Assembly (NCBI GenBank): GCA_963847445.1
Contig: CAWJZV010000048.1
Span: forward strand, 64,001 to 128,000
DNA: 64,000 nt
Direction of reading: 5' to 3'
Source: an uncultured delta proteobacterium
GTDB taxonomy: Bacteria; Desulfobacterota; Binatia; UBA9968
Shown here: positions 1-9,389 of the stretch, in pieces
Layout of the letters: each line of letters opens with the position of its first letter
Position numbering within the stretch: position 1 is the first letter of the stretch
The notes under the pieces: model-generated
The model's input: the letters and a program-made list of their open reading frames with translations, nothing else
What the model was told of the DNA's origin: nothing
Database searches by the model: none
Position numbers and translations under genes: made by a program

Positions 1-156
1 CGCGCCACGGTCCTCGAAACCCGCCGCTCCGAATCCCGCCCCGACCGCGGCATCGTCCGGACGTTTATCGAAGTGCTGAATCAGAAGCGTGAAGTGGTGA
101 TGAGCATGAAGATGGTGAACTTCGTGAGGTGCCGGGAGAACTCGGGCGCGAAGTGA
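1..156 (+). CDS. MaoC-family (hot-dog fold) dehydratase, 3' end only
   Basis: Frame 1 reads RATVLETRRSESRPDRGIVRTFIEVLNQKREVVMSMKMVNFVRCRENSGAK*, a typical MaoC C-terminus (SRPDRGIV..NQ..EVV). Confidence 0.8.
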   Translation, partial: RATVLETRRSESRPDRGIVRTFIEVLNQKREVVMSMKMVNFVRCRENSGAK

Positions 157-175
157 AATCATTTATACAGTCAGG

Positions 176-229
176 TTTCTGAAAACCATTATTCCCAGTC
201 GCAAAGCGACCAAGGAGTATCTCAGATGA
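176..229 (+). pseudogene. C-terminal remnant of a BrnT-like toxin
   Basis: Reads FLKTIIPSRKATKEYLR*. Its TGA overlaps the antitoxin ATG (ATGA). No N-terminus is present. Confidence 0.6.
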
Positions 230-510
230 ATCAGAATCAGCTAAAACTGGACAAAGAAGAGCTAGAGATCCTGCATGACTTCGAGCGCAACGAATTTGCA
301 AGCCTCAAAAACTTCAGAGCGGAAAAGCGTCAACTCGAGGCCGCCGCGAGAAGCACCCTACAGAAGGGAAAGCGAATCAACATTCGCATCTCAGCGCGCG
401 ACCTTGAGAAGATTCGCAAATGGGCGGTCATGGAAGGGATGCCCTATCAGACCCTGATTGCCAGCGCCTTACACAAGTTTGTGAGCGGCCAACTCAAAGA
501 GACGAAATAA
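226..510 (+). CDS. CopG/BrnA-like RHH antitoxin
   Basis: 94 aa with C-terminal KRINIRISARDL...GMPYQTLIASALH ribbon-helix-helix pattern. Confidence 0.8.
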   Translation: MNQNQLKLDKEELEILHDFERNEFASLKNFRAEKRQLEAAARSTLQKGKRINIRISARDLEKIRKWAVMEGMPYQTLIASALHKFVSGQLKETK

Positions 511-794
511 GGCAGCGATCGCGCAGAGGCTCGTGTAATCCCGCCAGCTCCGAATCCCGCCCCGACCGCGGCATCGTCCGCACGTTTATTGAAGTGCTGA
601 ATCAGAAGCGCGAAGTGGTGATGAGCATGAAGATGGTGAACTTTTCGTGCGCTGCTTCCGGTTACAATCCCCATAGCCGAAGCTGCACAGCGACTCTGCG
701 CTTTAGTCCAACACGTTTTATCCCCTTACATATACGCCGGCGCCACTGCGCAACTTGATTGCCTTCATGCTTTGGGGGATAAAACGCTCAAACT

Positions 795-1319
795 GTGGAG
801 CAAATAATAACCAAACTTGAGGCAGCAATACGGCAGTTAGATTGTGCCATTGATCTATACTTCAATGAAAAAGATTCAGTGTCTATTCACACACTTGCCT
901 GTGCCGCCCATCAAGTCATTCACAACATTAATAGAGACCAGAATGGCCCTGAATTATTATTTGACAATGTTGATACTAGAAAGCCAGGGGGAAAAGTCAC
1001 AAGACAATTACTCCACAAACATTACAACTTTTTTAAACATGCAGACAATGACCCATGCCCAAATTGTGGTGTTTGGTTCGACAATGAAATAACCGACATT
1101 TTTCTGCTGTCTGCAATAATCGGAGTTTACTACATATGCGGATCAATCAATAAACTTGAGACTGCGTTCATCGTTTATTTCCAGATCAGAACTGGTGATT
1201 TTCTCTCTCAAGACATAGTCAAGATGGTCACGGATGACATCAATCCTAAATTTAGACAAGCGCTTGTCGGTCTCAACAAGCGAGATTATTTGCGGAGTTT
1301 TTTGGAGTCTATGGGATAA
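795..1319 (+). CDS. Hypothetical protein, AT-rich, probable integron cassette gene
   Basis: 174-aa ORF visibly more AT-rich than its flanks and followed directly by an attC site. Confidence 0.7.
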   Translation: MEQIITKLEAAIRQLDCAIDLYFNEKDSVSIHTLACAAHQVIHNINRDQNGPELLFDNVDTRKPGGKVTRQLLHKHYNFFKHADNDPCPNCGVWFDNEITDIFLLSAIIGVYYICGSINKLETAFIVYFQIRTGDFLSQDIVKMVTDDINPKFRQALVGLNKRDYLRSFLESMG

Positions 1320-1344
1320 CATAATCAAACCTCAGAAGAGAATC

Positions 1345-1410
1345 GTATAACGACCGCATTAAGGCCGACGCCAGCGAGCTTGGCGGCGCGGCTTATGCGG
1401 AACGTTAGGC
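1345..1410 (+). mobile_element. Integron attC site 1
   Basis: GTATAAC...GCATTAAG...CTTATGC...GTTAGGC imperfect palindrome of 66 bp with R''/L''/L'/R' layout. Confidence 0.8.
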
Positions 1411-1432
1411 ACACAAGCAATATTCCGATAGA

Positions 1433-1725
1433 ATGCGGATGTGGCCCAAGCTACTATTAACCGGACTTCGTGACTTGATCCGTTCTCTGAACTATGCCGT
1501 GTCTATCCATGCGGCGGAGGAACTTGACGATGACAATCTCACCATCCTCGATCTCGAAAACATTATCCTCACGGGCGCGATCGTCGAGCGCCAGCGCGAC
1601 CGGCAAACGCGCGAAGTCAAATATATCGTCCGAGGCACATACGCTCAGCGATCGTCCCCGCCGAAGCAGTCGTCAAGATTGCCACGGACGGAACTCTCTT
1701 CGTCATCACGGTCTACCGCGCCTAA
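1433..1725 (+). CDS. DUF4258-family toxin (frameshifted)
   Basis: Y.VSIHAAEELDDD.LTI.DLE.IIL.G.IVE at the N-terminus and LFVITVYRA* in another frame. Confidence 0.7.
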
Positions 1726-1969
1726 GCTGCGCTGTGCCGCGTGTGGGCGGACAGGGGTGCAACAGTCGAGAAGGTCACCCGTAGCTTTGGTCGTGGGCCA
1801 TCGCTGCTCGTAATTGAAGGGTATACCGCTCTGGTCGTGCCCGCACTGTGGGGAGTCGTACTTTACGGCCCAGACCCTGCACGAGATTGAGCGCATCAAG
1901 ACCCTGCGCAAGGCGGTCGCGGTTGAGCGGCGTGTACCGGTAGCGACATTCCAGGAACTCAGTGCCTAA
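1718..1969 (+). CDS. YgiT/MqsA-type zinc-finger antitoxin (frameshifted, start approximate)
   Basis: CAAC...IEGIPLWSCPHCGESYFTAQTL..., with the stop TAA inside the R'' of attC2. Confidence 0.7.
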
Positions 1970-2064
1970 CAAACGCCGCGCACGATGACCACCGCCCGTT
2001 TGCGGATGCTGCTGAACCTGAACAGACTCGTTTAAGCGGCGGCCCGTGACGGCAAACGTTAACC
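1964..2064 (+). mobile_element. Integron attC site 2
   Basis: GCCTAAC...GTTAACC, 101 bp. Its R'' GCCTAAC is the exact reverse complement of the GTTAGGC that begins this cassette. Confidence 0.75.
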
Positions 2065-2169
2065 GATCGAGAGAGATGTAGAAGAGACCAATTAAAGGAG
2101 ACTCTTGTTCTAGCTCACAACTCAACGAACACTGATTAGAGATTTCTTCGCCGGCCATTCGCTGAGCCC

Positions 2170-2478
2170 ATGGCAGTTGCTACAGAACGCGCCGCCGACG
2201 AGTTTCGGTCGCGAAAAAACCTCTTACGCTGCGAGGCGAGCCTCCTGATTTCAGTCGCATTCGCTGCCCGCTCTGCAAATGGCAACCGAAACCGTCGCAC
2301 CGCTGGTTCTGCGGGCCTTGTGAGTCATCCAGAATATTTTGCCGATGGCTGCGGCGAGTGTTGGAATACCTTCAGCACGCGTGGTCGCTGTCCTGGTTGC
2401 GCGCACCAATGGCGCTGGACGGCGTGCTTGAATTGCGCGGGCTGGTCGTTGCACGAAGATTGGTACGTGGGCAAATGA
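2170..2478 (+). CDS. Small multi-CxxC zinc-ribbon protein (frameshifted)
   Basis: Merged frames give RCPLCKWQP..WFCGPC..DGCGECWNTFSTRGRCPGCAHQWRWTACLNCAGWSLHEDWY. Confidence 0.6.
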   Translation: MAVATERAADEFRSRKNLLRCEASLLISVAFAARSANGNRNRRTAGSAGLVSHPEYFADGCGECWNTFSTRGRCPGCAHQWRWTACLNCAGWSLHEDWYVGK

Positions 2479-2486
2479 AGATATTT

Positions 2487-2624
2487 TCTCGCCAAGGCGC
2501 AAAGACGCCAAGTGACGGGCGGAGCCCGTCATCCCGAGCTGAAGCGAGGGATCTAAGATAGTTTTCCCTTTGGTCGAAATGACATCTTTATCCGATCTTT
2601 GCGCCTTGGCGCCTTGCGGGAGAA
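2487..2624. repeat. Nested palindromic repeat: GCGCAAAG-type inverted repeat enclosing a GTCATCCCGAGC...AAATGAC element
   Basis: Arms tctcgccaaggcgcaaagacgccaag and ctttgcgccttggcgccttgcgggaga; inner element at 2528-2583. Confidence 0.75.
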
Positions 2625-2664
2625 ATTCTTATAATTCGCTGGCCTGGCAGGAGTCCAGCCTCTC

Positions 2665-3573
2665 TCAGAATTCCTCCCGCACGCGCAGATAACTGGCAAA
2701 ACGCGGCACGCCGGTATTGGTCAGGCCGCGATAGGTGTACGTAATCGTCGTGCCCACCGACGGTGGCTTCTTTCTGACCTCATCGGTGAAGCCCGGTGCC
2801 GATCAGAAACACCTTGGCTTCGGGCGTGCGCACGCGCAGCGCGCCCATCATTCCTGTGTATTTCCCCTTGCCGGGAACATGCTCGATCACCACGGCTTCG
2901 GTATCTTGCAGCGGCTTTAACTTGAACAGCGCATCGCTGCGGCCGGTCACGTAGGGGGCAGTCGGCCAAATGCAGCATCAGCCCTTCGCCGCCGCCGCGG
3001 ACGACTTCATCTAACTTCTTTTTCAGCGCGGCGCGGTCAGCGACGCGGAATTGTTCCACGGCAACCAACTGCGGCGATTGGGCCTTGGCGGCAATTTCCC
3101 GTATGCGCTGGGCGCGCCCGGCAAACGTCCCCGGCGCATTGGGCAGTTCGAAGATCATGTATTTGATCCGACGCCACTCTGTCGTCTTGCGGTTCGGTTT
3201 TGCGCACGATACCGGAAAGCGTTTCGAATTGACCGCGGCCGATCCATAGCTCGCCATCGAGCGGCTCGGCTGGCAGCTTGGCAATAAACCACGCCGGCGC
3301 ATTGACCGGCCGGCCGCTGCGAAAGCGCAGCTCCTTGCCGTCCCACAGGGCGCGCACGCCGTCGTACTTTTCACTGATAAGATATTTGGCGGGATCGATC
3401 TGTGGCCTAAGCTCGTTGGCGAGGAGCAACGCCGGTGCATTCGCCGCTTTGACAAAGCCGGCGCCATTGAACGAAGCAGTGAACGTGCAGATCGCCAGCA
3501 ACAACCAAAGCTTAAACAACTTGAGCCCCCGCGAAACACCGCAAAGTGCAATTTGAAATCTGTAATTTGCCAT
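2665..3573 (-). CDS. ATP-dependent DNA ligase, minimal Lig E type with signal peptide (frameshifted, start uncertain)
   Basis: SEKYDG adenylation motif, LDGELW, GEGLML, C-terminal YRGLTNTGVPRFASYLRVR, hydrophobic N-terminus. Confidence 0.85.
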
Positions 3574-3599
3574 GCGGCATGGCGCAATCCGCCATGCCG

Positions 3600-4980
3600 C
3601 TACGCTTCGTCCATCTCGTCGCGACTGCCGTATTCGTCGCGCTCGGTGTAGTTCTCGAAGCGGGTGAATTCGCCGATGAACGTCAGATCGATGGCGCCGG
3701 TGGGGCCGTTACGCTGTTTGGCGATGATCACTTCGGCTTTGCCTTTCACATCGTCGTTGTTCTTGTTGTAGACCTCGTCGCGGTAGATGAACATGATCAC
3801 GTCGGCGTCCTGTTCGATGGCGCCGGACTCGCGCAGGTCGGACATCTGCGGGCGGCGCTCGGAGCGGTCTTCCAGGCGCCGGTTGAGCTGCGACAGCGCG
3901 ATCACCGGCACGGAGCAGTTCTTTGGCGAGAGCCTTCAGCGACCGGGATATTTCTGAAATCTCCTGCTCACGGTTGTTGGCGTTACCCATGCCGCGCATG
4001 AGCTGCAAATAATCGACGACGATGAGGCCGACTTTTTTCGACCGGTCGCGCACCAAACGGCGCGCTTTGGCGCGCAGTTCCAACACCGATATCGCCGGCG
4101 TGTCGTCGATATAGATCGGCGCCTCGTGAAGCTTGCCGGCGGCCTTGGCGAGCTGGGGGAAGTCGCGCTCGCCCAAGTATCCGGAGCGGACTTTCGAGCT
4201 ATTGACCCGCGCTTCGGAGCAAAGCATGCGCAAAACCAACTGCTCCTTGCCCATTTCAAGCGAAAATACCGCGGCGCCGACGCCGGTGTAGGCGGCGTTG
4301 GTGGCGATGTTGAGGGCGAAGGCGGTTTTGCCCATGCCGGGCCGCCCGGCCACAATGATCAATTCCGAAGGCTGCAATCCGGCGGTAATCTTGTCCAAGT
4401 CGTCGTAACCGGTGGACACGCCGGTGATCATTTCCTTGCGTTGGTAAAGCTTATCGATGGTCTTGAGCGTCTCGGTAATCATATCGCCGACCGCGACGAA
4501 GGACTGTTTTATTTTCTTTTCAGAGATATCGAAGATGACTTTTTCGGCAGTGTCGAGAAACTCATCGACATTGCCCTGCTCGTCGTAGCCGCGCGTGGCG
4601 ATCTCGGTGGCCGTCGAAATCAAATTGCGCAGAATCGCCTTTTCATGAACGATCCGGACATAGAAGGCGATGTTGGCCGCCGTCGGCACGAAATCGGCCA
4701 GCGACGCCAAGTAAGCGCTGCCGCCCACCGATTCCAGTTCGTTCTTGGTTTTAAGAAACTCGCTCAAGGTGATCAGATCCACCGGCTCGCCGCGATCGGT
4801 GATCTCGATCATGGCGCGCATGATCCGGCGGTGCGACTCGCGGTAAAAGTCCTCCGGGCGCAACGTCTCCAGCACCACGTTGATCGCTTCGTTCTCCAAC
4901 AGGATGCCGCCCAGGACCGACGACTCCGCCTCCAGGTTTTGCGGGGGAATCTTGCGCAGATTATCTTCTAAGGCAGCCAT
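3600..4980 (-). CDS. dnaB: Replicative DNA helicase (frameshift near 3911)
   Basis: [49 protein letters not shown]. Confidence 0.97.
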
Positions 4981-5200
4981 GGACGGTTTTCGCTTCGCAG
5001 TGCTAGGTCAGTGCCGATGCACCATAACAGAAAAATTTTGTTTCACGAATCTAATTTAATAAAAACTAAAAAGCAAGAAAAAATATTGCGCATTTGGCGG
5101 AATCAATGCCGTCAAAATATCCGCCCGGATTTTGGGCAAATCGGTAAAATAAATGAATGTCCGAGGCGACTCGGCCATTTTGATAAAATTAAAAACAACT

Positions 5201-5219
5201 TGTGAACAACTTACTCACA
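5201..5219. promoter_or_regulatory. Pair of oppositely oriented DnaA-box-like 9-mers in the AT-rich region upstream of dnaB
   Basis: TGTGAACAA and TTACTCACA, each one mismatch from TTWTNCACA. Confidence 0.45.
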
Positions 5220-5278
5220 ACCTATGCAGCGGCGAGAAATTTCACCGCGACCCCGGCGGTTATGAGAAAGATGCGAGT

Positions 5279-5635
5279 CTAGGGCTGCTGGTAGGTGGCG
5301 GTCACCGTGGTATGAATGCCGCCGCGCACATTGAAATCGCCGACCACCGTCATCTTGCGCGGCTTACAGGCAGCGACCAAGTCGTCGAGAATCTTGTTGG
5401 TCACGGCTTCGTGAAAGGCACCTTGGTTGCGATAGGACCACAGGTAGAGTTTGAGCGACTTGAGCTCGAGGCAAATCTTATCCGGCACGTAGGTAATGCG
5501 GATCGTGGCGAAGTCGGGCTGGCCGGTCCTGGGGCAGACACAGGTAAACTCGGGGCACTCCATATTGATTTCAAAGTCGCGCTCCGGCCGCGGATTGGCA
5601 AAGGTCTCTAATTCCAGACTCGCTTGGGTCGTCAT
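5279..5635 (-). CDS. queF: NADPH-dependent preQ0 reductase, unimodular
   Basis: [33 protein letters not shown]. Confidence 0.96.
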   Translation of the reverse strand: MTTQASLELETFANPRPERDFEINMECPEFTCVCPRTGQPDFATIRITYVPDKICLELKSLKLYLWSYRNQGAFHEAVTNKILDDLVAACKPRKMTVVGDFNVRGGIHTTVTATYQQP

Positions 5636-5756
5636 GAAAGTATCTTATCGCACCGTAATGCCATTGCAATTCGGCCACTTACCTTGACTCTAAAAAACTC
5701 GGATGATAACACCATGGAGCCTTGAGTGAATCCTATCCGAGATCGGAGTTGCCATC

Positions 5757-6542
5757 ATGAAAGAACCCAAAGCCGGTGAAAAACTAAGCGAGCAAGAAGC
5801 CAAGGAGTATGTCGATTCCTTGTATAAAGCGCTTTACAAATACGCCCACGAGAAGATTTACAAAGGCGCGTTTATGACCCAGCTGCGCGACGGCAAGCTG
5901 CCCTTGCCGGTCATGCGCCAGTTTTTCAAGAACTGGGGCCATTTCTCGATGGAAGTGAACGCGCTCAACGCGGTCTCCTATTACACCCATCTGCCGTTCT
6001 TCGTGCGCCACTTCGATCTATTGGGACCGTTCTGCGCCAAGATCGCCGACGAATTGATCTCGCCGAAAGCGCCGGGCCATGTGCTGGTGCTGCTGCAAAC
6101 CGCCGAGAAGATGGGCTTGAACAAAAAAGAAATGCTCGAAGATCCCTACTTGCCGGCGGCGCGCGCCATCAACGACTTCTGCCACAAGATTTTTATCGAC
6201 GGCTCCATCGTCGAACTCTGGGGCCTGCATGTTTTCGAAGAATCGTTATCGATGTGGTCCGGCCAATGGTTCACCGCGCTGACCACCCACTACGGCTTCA
6301 GCAAAAAAGACGCGATTTATTTCTCCACCCATGAAGAAGCCGACATGGACACCCACAAGTTGGGCGACAGCGATGAGGAAGCGATGGGCCATGGCGCGTT
6401 CAACCGCACGGTGCTCACCCGCGCCTTGCAGGAGAGCGTCGAGTTTCGCGCCGGCTATACTTTGGAATACTGCGCCATGACCATGGTCGACCTGCACGCG
6501 CAGATGAAGCAAGCCGCGTTAGATTATCCTTACAATCCGTAG
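5757..6542 (+). CDS. Heme-oxygenase-like iron-containing redox enzyme (TenA/PqqC/CADD superfamily)
   Basis: Helical protein with DE...H, E and YFSTHEEAD..H candidate metal ligands. Confidence 0.7.
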   Translation: MKEPKAGEKLSEQEAKEYVDSLYKALYKYAHEKIYKGAFMTQLRDGKLPLPVMRQFFKNWGHFSMEVNALNAVSYYTHLPFFVRHFDLLGPFCAKIADELISPKAPGHVLVLLQTAEKMGLNKKEMLEDPYLPAARAINDFCHKIFIDGSIVELWGLHVFEESLSMWSGQWFTALTTHYGFSKKDAIYFSTHEEADMDTHKLGDSDEEAMGHGAFNRTVLTRALQESVEFRAGYTLEYCAMTMVDLHAQMKQAALDYPYNP

Positions 6543-6825
6543 CGCGGCCAAGCTCCAACGGGAAATTCGCAATATCTCGCGCCAAAGCATCGCGAATAGC
6601 AAGCGTAGACGATACTCGGCGGCGATTCATGAATTCGCCCGCTCAACTTGGCGTTCATTGGCGAAGAATACCGAATGCCGAGCGTTGTCCACCGGCAAAT
6701 TTTCACGGCATGGCGAAGATATGTTATCGAGTCGCGCTCGCCAGTGGCATTCAAATAACGGCCTGCACGAGTCTAATCGGGCACGACAAGCAACTGCACG
6801 AAATCTCCGGTGCCTGGAAGACTAG

Positions 6826-8554
6826 ATGACCGATAGCGAACTCATTCCCTTACGCTCGATCCTTGCCGAGTTGGCGCCGCAAGGCCGTCCTGCACTCCTG
6901 CCGGCCTTGCACGCGGCCCAGCAGCTCTATGGCTCGCTATGCCGAACCGGTTGCGGCAGAAGTGAGCCGCTCCCTGGGCGTGCCCCTCGCCGATGTCTAT
7001 GGCGTCATCGATTTTTACGCGATGTTCTACCGCCAACCGGTTGGTCGCACCGTGGTACGCGTATGCAGCGCGCCGGTATGCGCTCTTGCCGGGGCCGACA
7101 CGGTAGCGGACGCACTGTGCCGCCACTTGCAGATCGAGCCCGGGGCAATCAGCTCGGATGGCGCGTTCACCGTCGAGCATGCCCCCTGCTTGGGCTTGTG
7201 CGACCACGCGCCGGCACTGCTTGTCGGCGAAAGCGCCGTTGGTCATGCCGATGCCGAGCAAGCAGCGACGATCTGCGCGCCAAACGCGCACAAGCCAGTG
7301 AGCTTTGTCGGCGGCGATATTCGCATCCTGACGAGCAATTGCGGCCAAGGCCATCCCACTTCTCTGGCCGACTACCAGGCGCGCGGCGGTTATGCCGGAC
7401 TCAAAAAAGCCTTGTCGATGACGCCGCCAAACTGTGCTCGCCGAAGTGAAAGCAGCGGGGTTGGTCGGCCGCGGCGGCGCGGCATTTCCCACCGGCGTCA
7501 AATGGGAGGGCGCAGCCAATGCGCCGGGCCAACCCAAGTATATCGTCTGCAACGCCGACGAATCCGAGCCCGGCACATTCAAAGACCGCATCCTCATGGA
7601 AGACGACCCACACCGCATCATCGAAGGAATGATCATCGCAGCCCGCGCCGTGGGCGCCGAGTCGCGGTTACATCTACGTGCGCGGCGAGTATCCTTACGC
7701 CTTCAAGGTCATGAGTGAAGCCGTCGCCGAGGCGCGCCAGGCCGGCGCCATCGGCGAAAATATTTTCGGCTCTGGATTGAACTTCGATATTGAAATGCGC
7801 TTGGGCGCCGGCGCCTACATTTGCGGCGAGGAAACCGCGCTGTTGGAATCCATCGAGGGCAAACGCGGCTTGCCGCGCATCAAGCCGCCGTTCCCCACCA
7901 CCCACGGCCTATTCGGCAAGCCCACCGTCATCAACAACGTGGAAACTTTCTGCAACGTCCCGCTGATCGTCGAACGAGGCGCCGCCGAGTATCGGAAAAT
8001 CGGCACGGAGCGCTCGCCCGGTCCGAAGCTGTTCTGCGTCTCGGGCCAGATACAGAAGCCCGGGCTTTACGAGGTGCCGTTCGGCGTCACCTTGCGCCAT
8101 CTGTTGTTCGATCTCGCCGGCGGACTGAAACCGGGGCGCAAACTTCAAGCGGTGCTCATGGGCGGCGCCGCAGGCGCATTTGCCACCGAGAAAGATCTGG
8201 ACGTGATCTTGTCCTTTGAAAACCTGCGCGCGGCGGACTTGCCCCTCGGCTCCGGCGCGGTCATGGTCTTCGACGATAGCGCGGACCTGCGCGACGTGCT
8301 CAAGCGGCTGGCGCACTTCTTCGCCGACGAAAGCTGCGGCAAATGCTATCCCTGCCAGCTCGGCACGCGGCGACAGTATGAGATTCTTGAGCGGAGCGCG
8401 GCGGGCCATTCCGCTCACCGGCGACCGCGAACGCTTATCGGACGTGGGCAACACAATGATCGACGCATCCCTATGCGGCCTCGGCCAGACCGCGCCGACG
8501 GCGATATTGAGCGCGATGAAGTTGTGGCCGGAGATGTTTGATGCGAAGAAATAG
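6826..8554 (+). CDS. Fused NuoE-NuoF-like diaphorase subunit of an NAD-dependent formate dehydrogenase (frameshifted)
   Basis: NuoE cysteines CSAPVC/CLGLC, then [43 protein letters not shown]. Confidence 0.9.
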
Positions 8555-8558
8555 GACT

Positions 8559-8636
8559 CACCACGAAGACACGAAGATCACGAAGTTCGGAATTTAATTT
8601 AACCGAAACCTTCGTGTCCTTCGTGCCTTCGTGGTG
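8559..8636. repeat. CACGAAG-type palindromic repeat, simple form
   Basis: caccacgaagacacgaagatcacgaag...cttcgtgtccttcgtgccttcgtggtg. Confidence 0.85.
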
Positions 8637-8686
8637 CAATACTCCGGGTGCTTGATCGATGCACATCATTGTAGCAGGGACTACTT

Positions 8687-9389
8687 ATGGCAGATGTAAC
8701 TCTCACCATTGACGACGAGCCAGTCACCGTCGCCGCGGGGACGACGATTCTTAAAGCCGCCGAGCAGCTCGGCCGGCAGATTCCGACCATCTGCTATCAC
8801 GATCACTGCACGGCCAACGGTCTGTGCCGCATCTGCGTGGTCGAAGTCGACGGCGTCAAACCGCTGGTGCCGGCGTGCTTGAGCCGGGTGAGCGAAGGCA
8901 TGAAAGTCTCGACGTCGAGCGCCCGCGCCGAGCGCAGCCGCCGCACTATTCTGGAAATGCTCGACTCGGCGGTGGATCTTTCGCAGGCGCCGGAGATTCA
9001 AAAATTGCTGGATGAATATCACGCCGACCGAGCGCGCTTTCCCGACGCCGAACGGCGCGAGCATGCCGGTGCTCGATGACAACCCGATGTACATCCGCGA
9101 CTATTCCAAGTGCATCCTGTGCTGGCGCTGCGTGCAGGTGTGCGCCGACGACGCCCAGTACACCTACGCGATCAACTTCACCGGGCGCGGCTTCGACACC
9201 GCCATCGGCACCTTCTTCGACAAGCCCATGCCGGATACCACCTGCGTCTTCTGCGGCCAGTGCGTCGGCGTCTGCCCCACCGGCGCGCTCAAGCCCAAGC
9301 GCGAGTCGCTGCTCGAGCAGGGATTCGACTCGAATGAAATCATCCAGGCCACCAGAGGCGGCAAAAAGCGCCGGAGGAAATCGCCATGA
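8687..9389 (+). CDS. 2Fe-2S plus 2x4Fe-4S subunit (NuoG/FdsA N-terminal-like; frameshifted)
   Basis: [39 protein letters not shown]. Confidence 0.9.

Larger units (their letters stand above)
20..649 (+). repeat. ~105-bp direct repeat of the MaoC gene 3' end (copies at ~20-126 and ~540-649)
   Basis: Near-identical sequence. The substitutions cgg/cgc, atc/att and cgt/cgc are all synonymous. Confidence 0.95.

Noticed and set aside
655-730. attI or a third attC upstream of the AT-rich cassette
   Set aside because: GTT triplets exist at 661 and 715, but there is no convincing paired R/L structure and no exact complement to GTATAAC.
420-758. 112-aa ORF containing MaoC-like sequence as a real gene
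   Set aside because: It is a chance read-through across the duplicated MaoC 3' end and overlaps the antitoxin.
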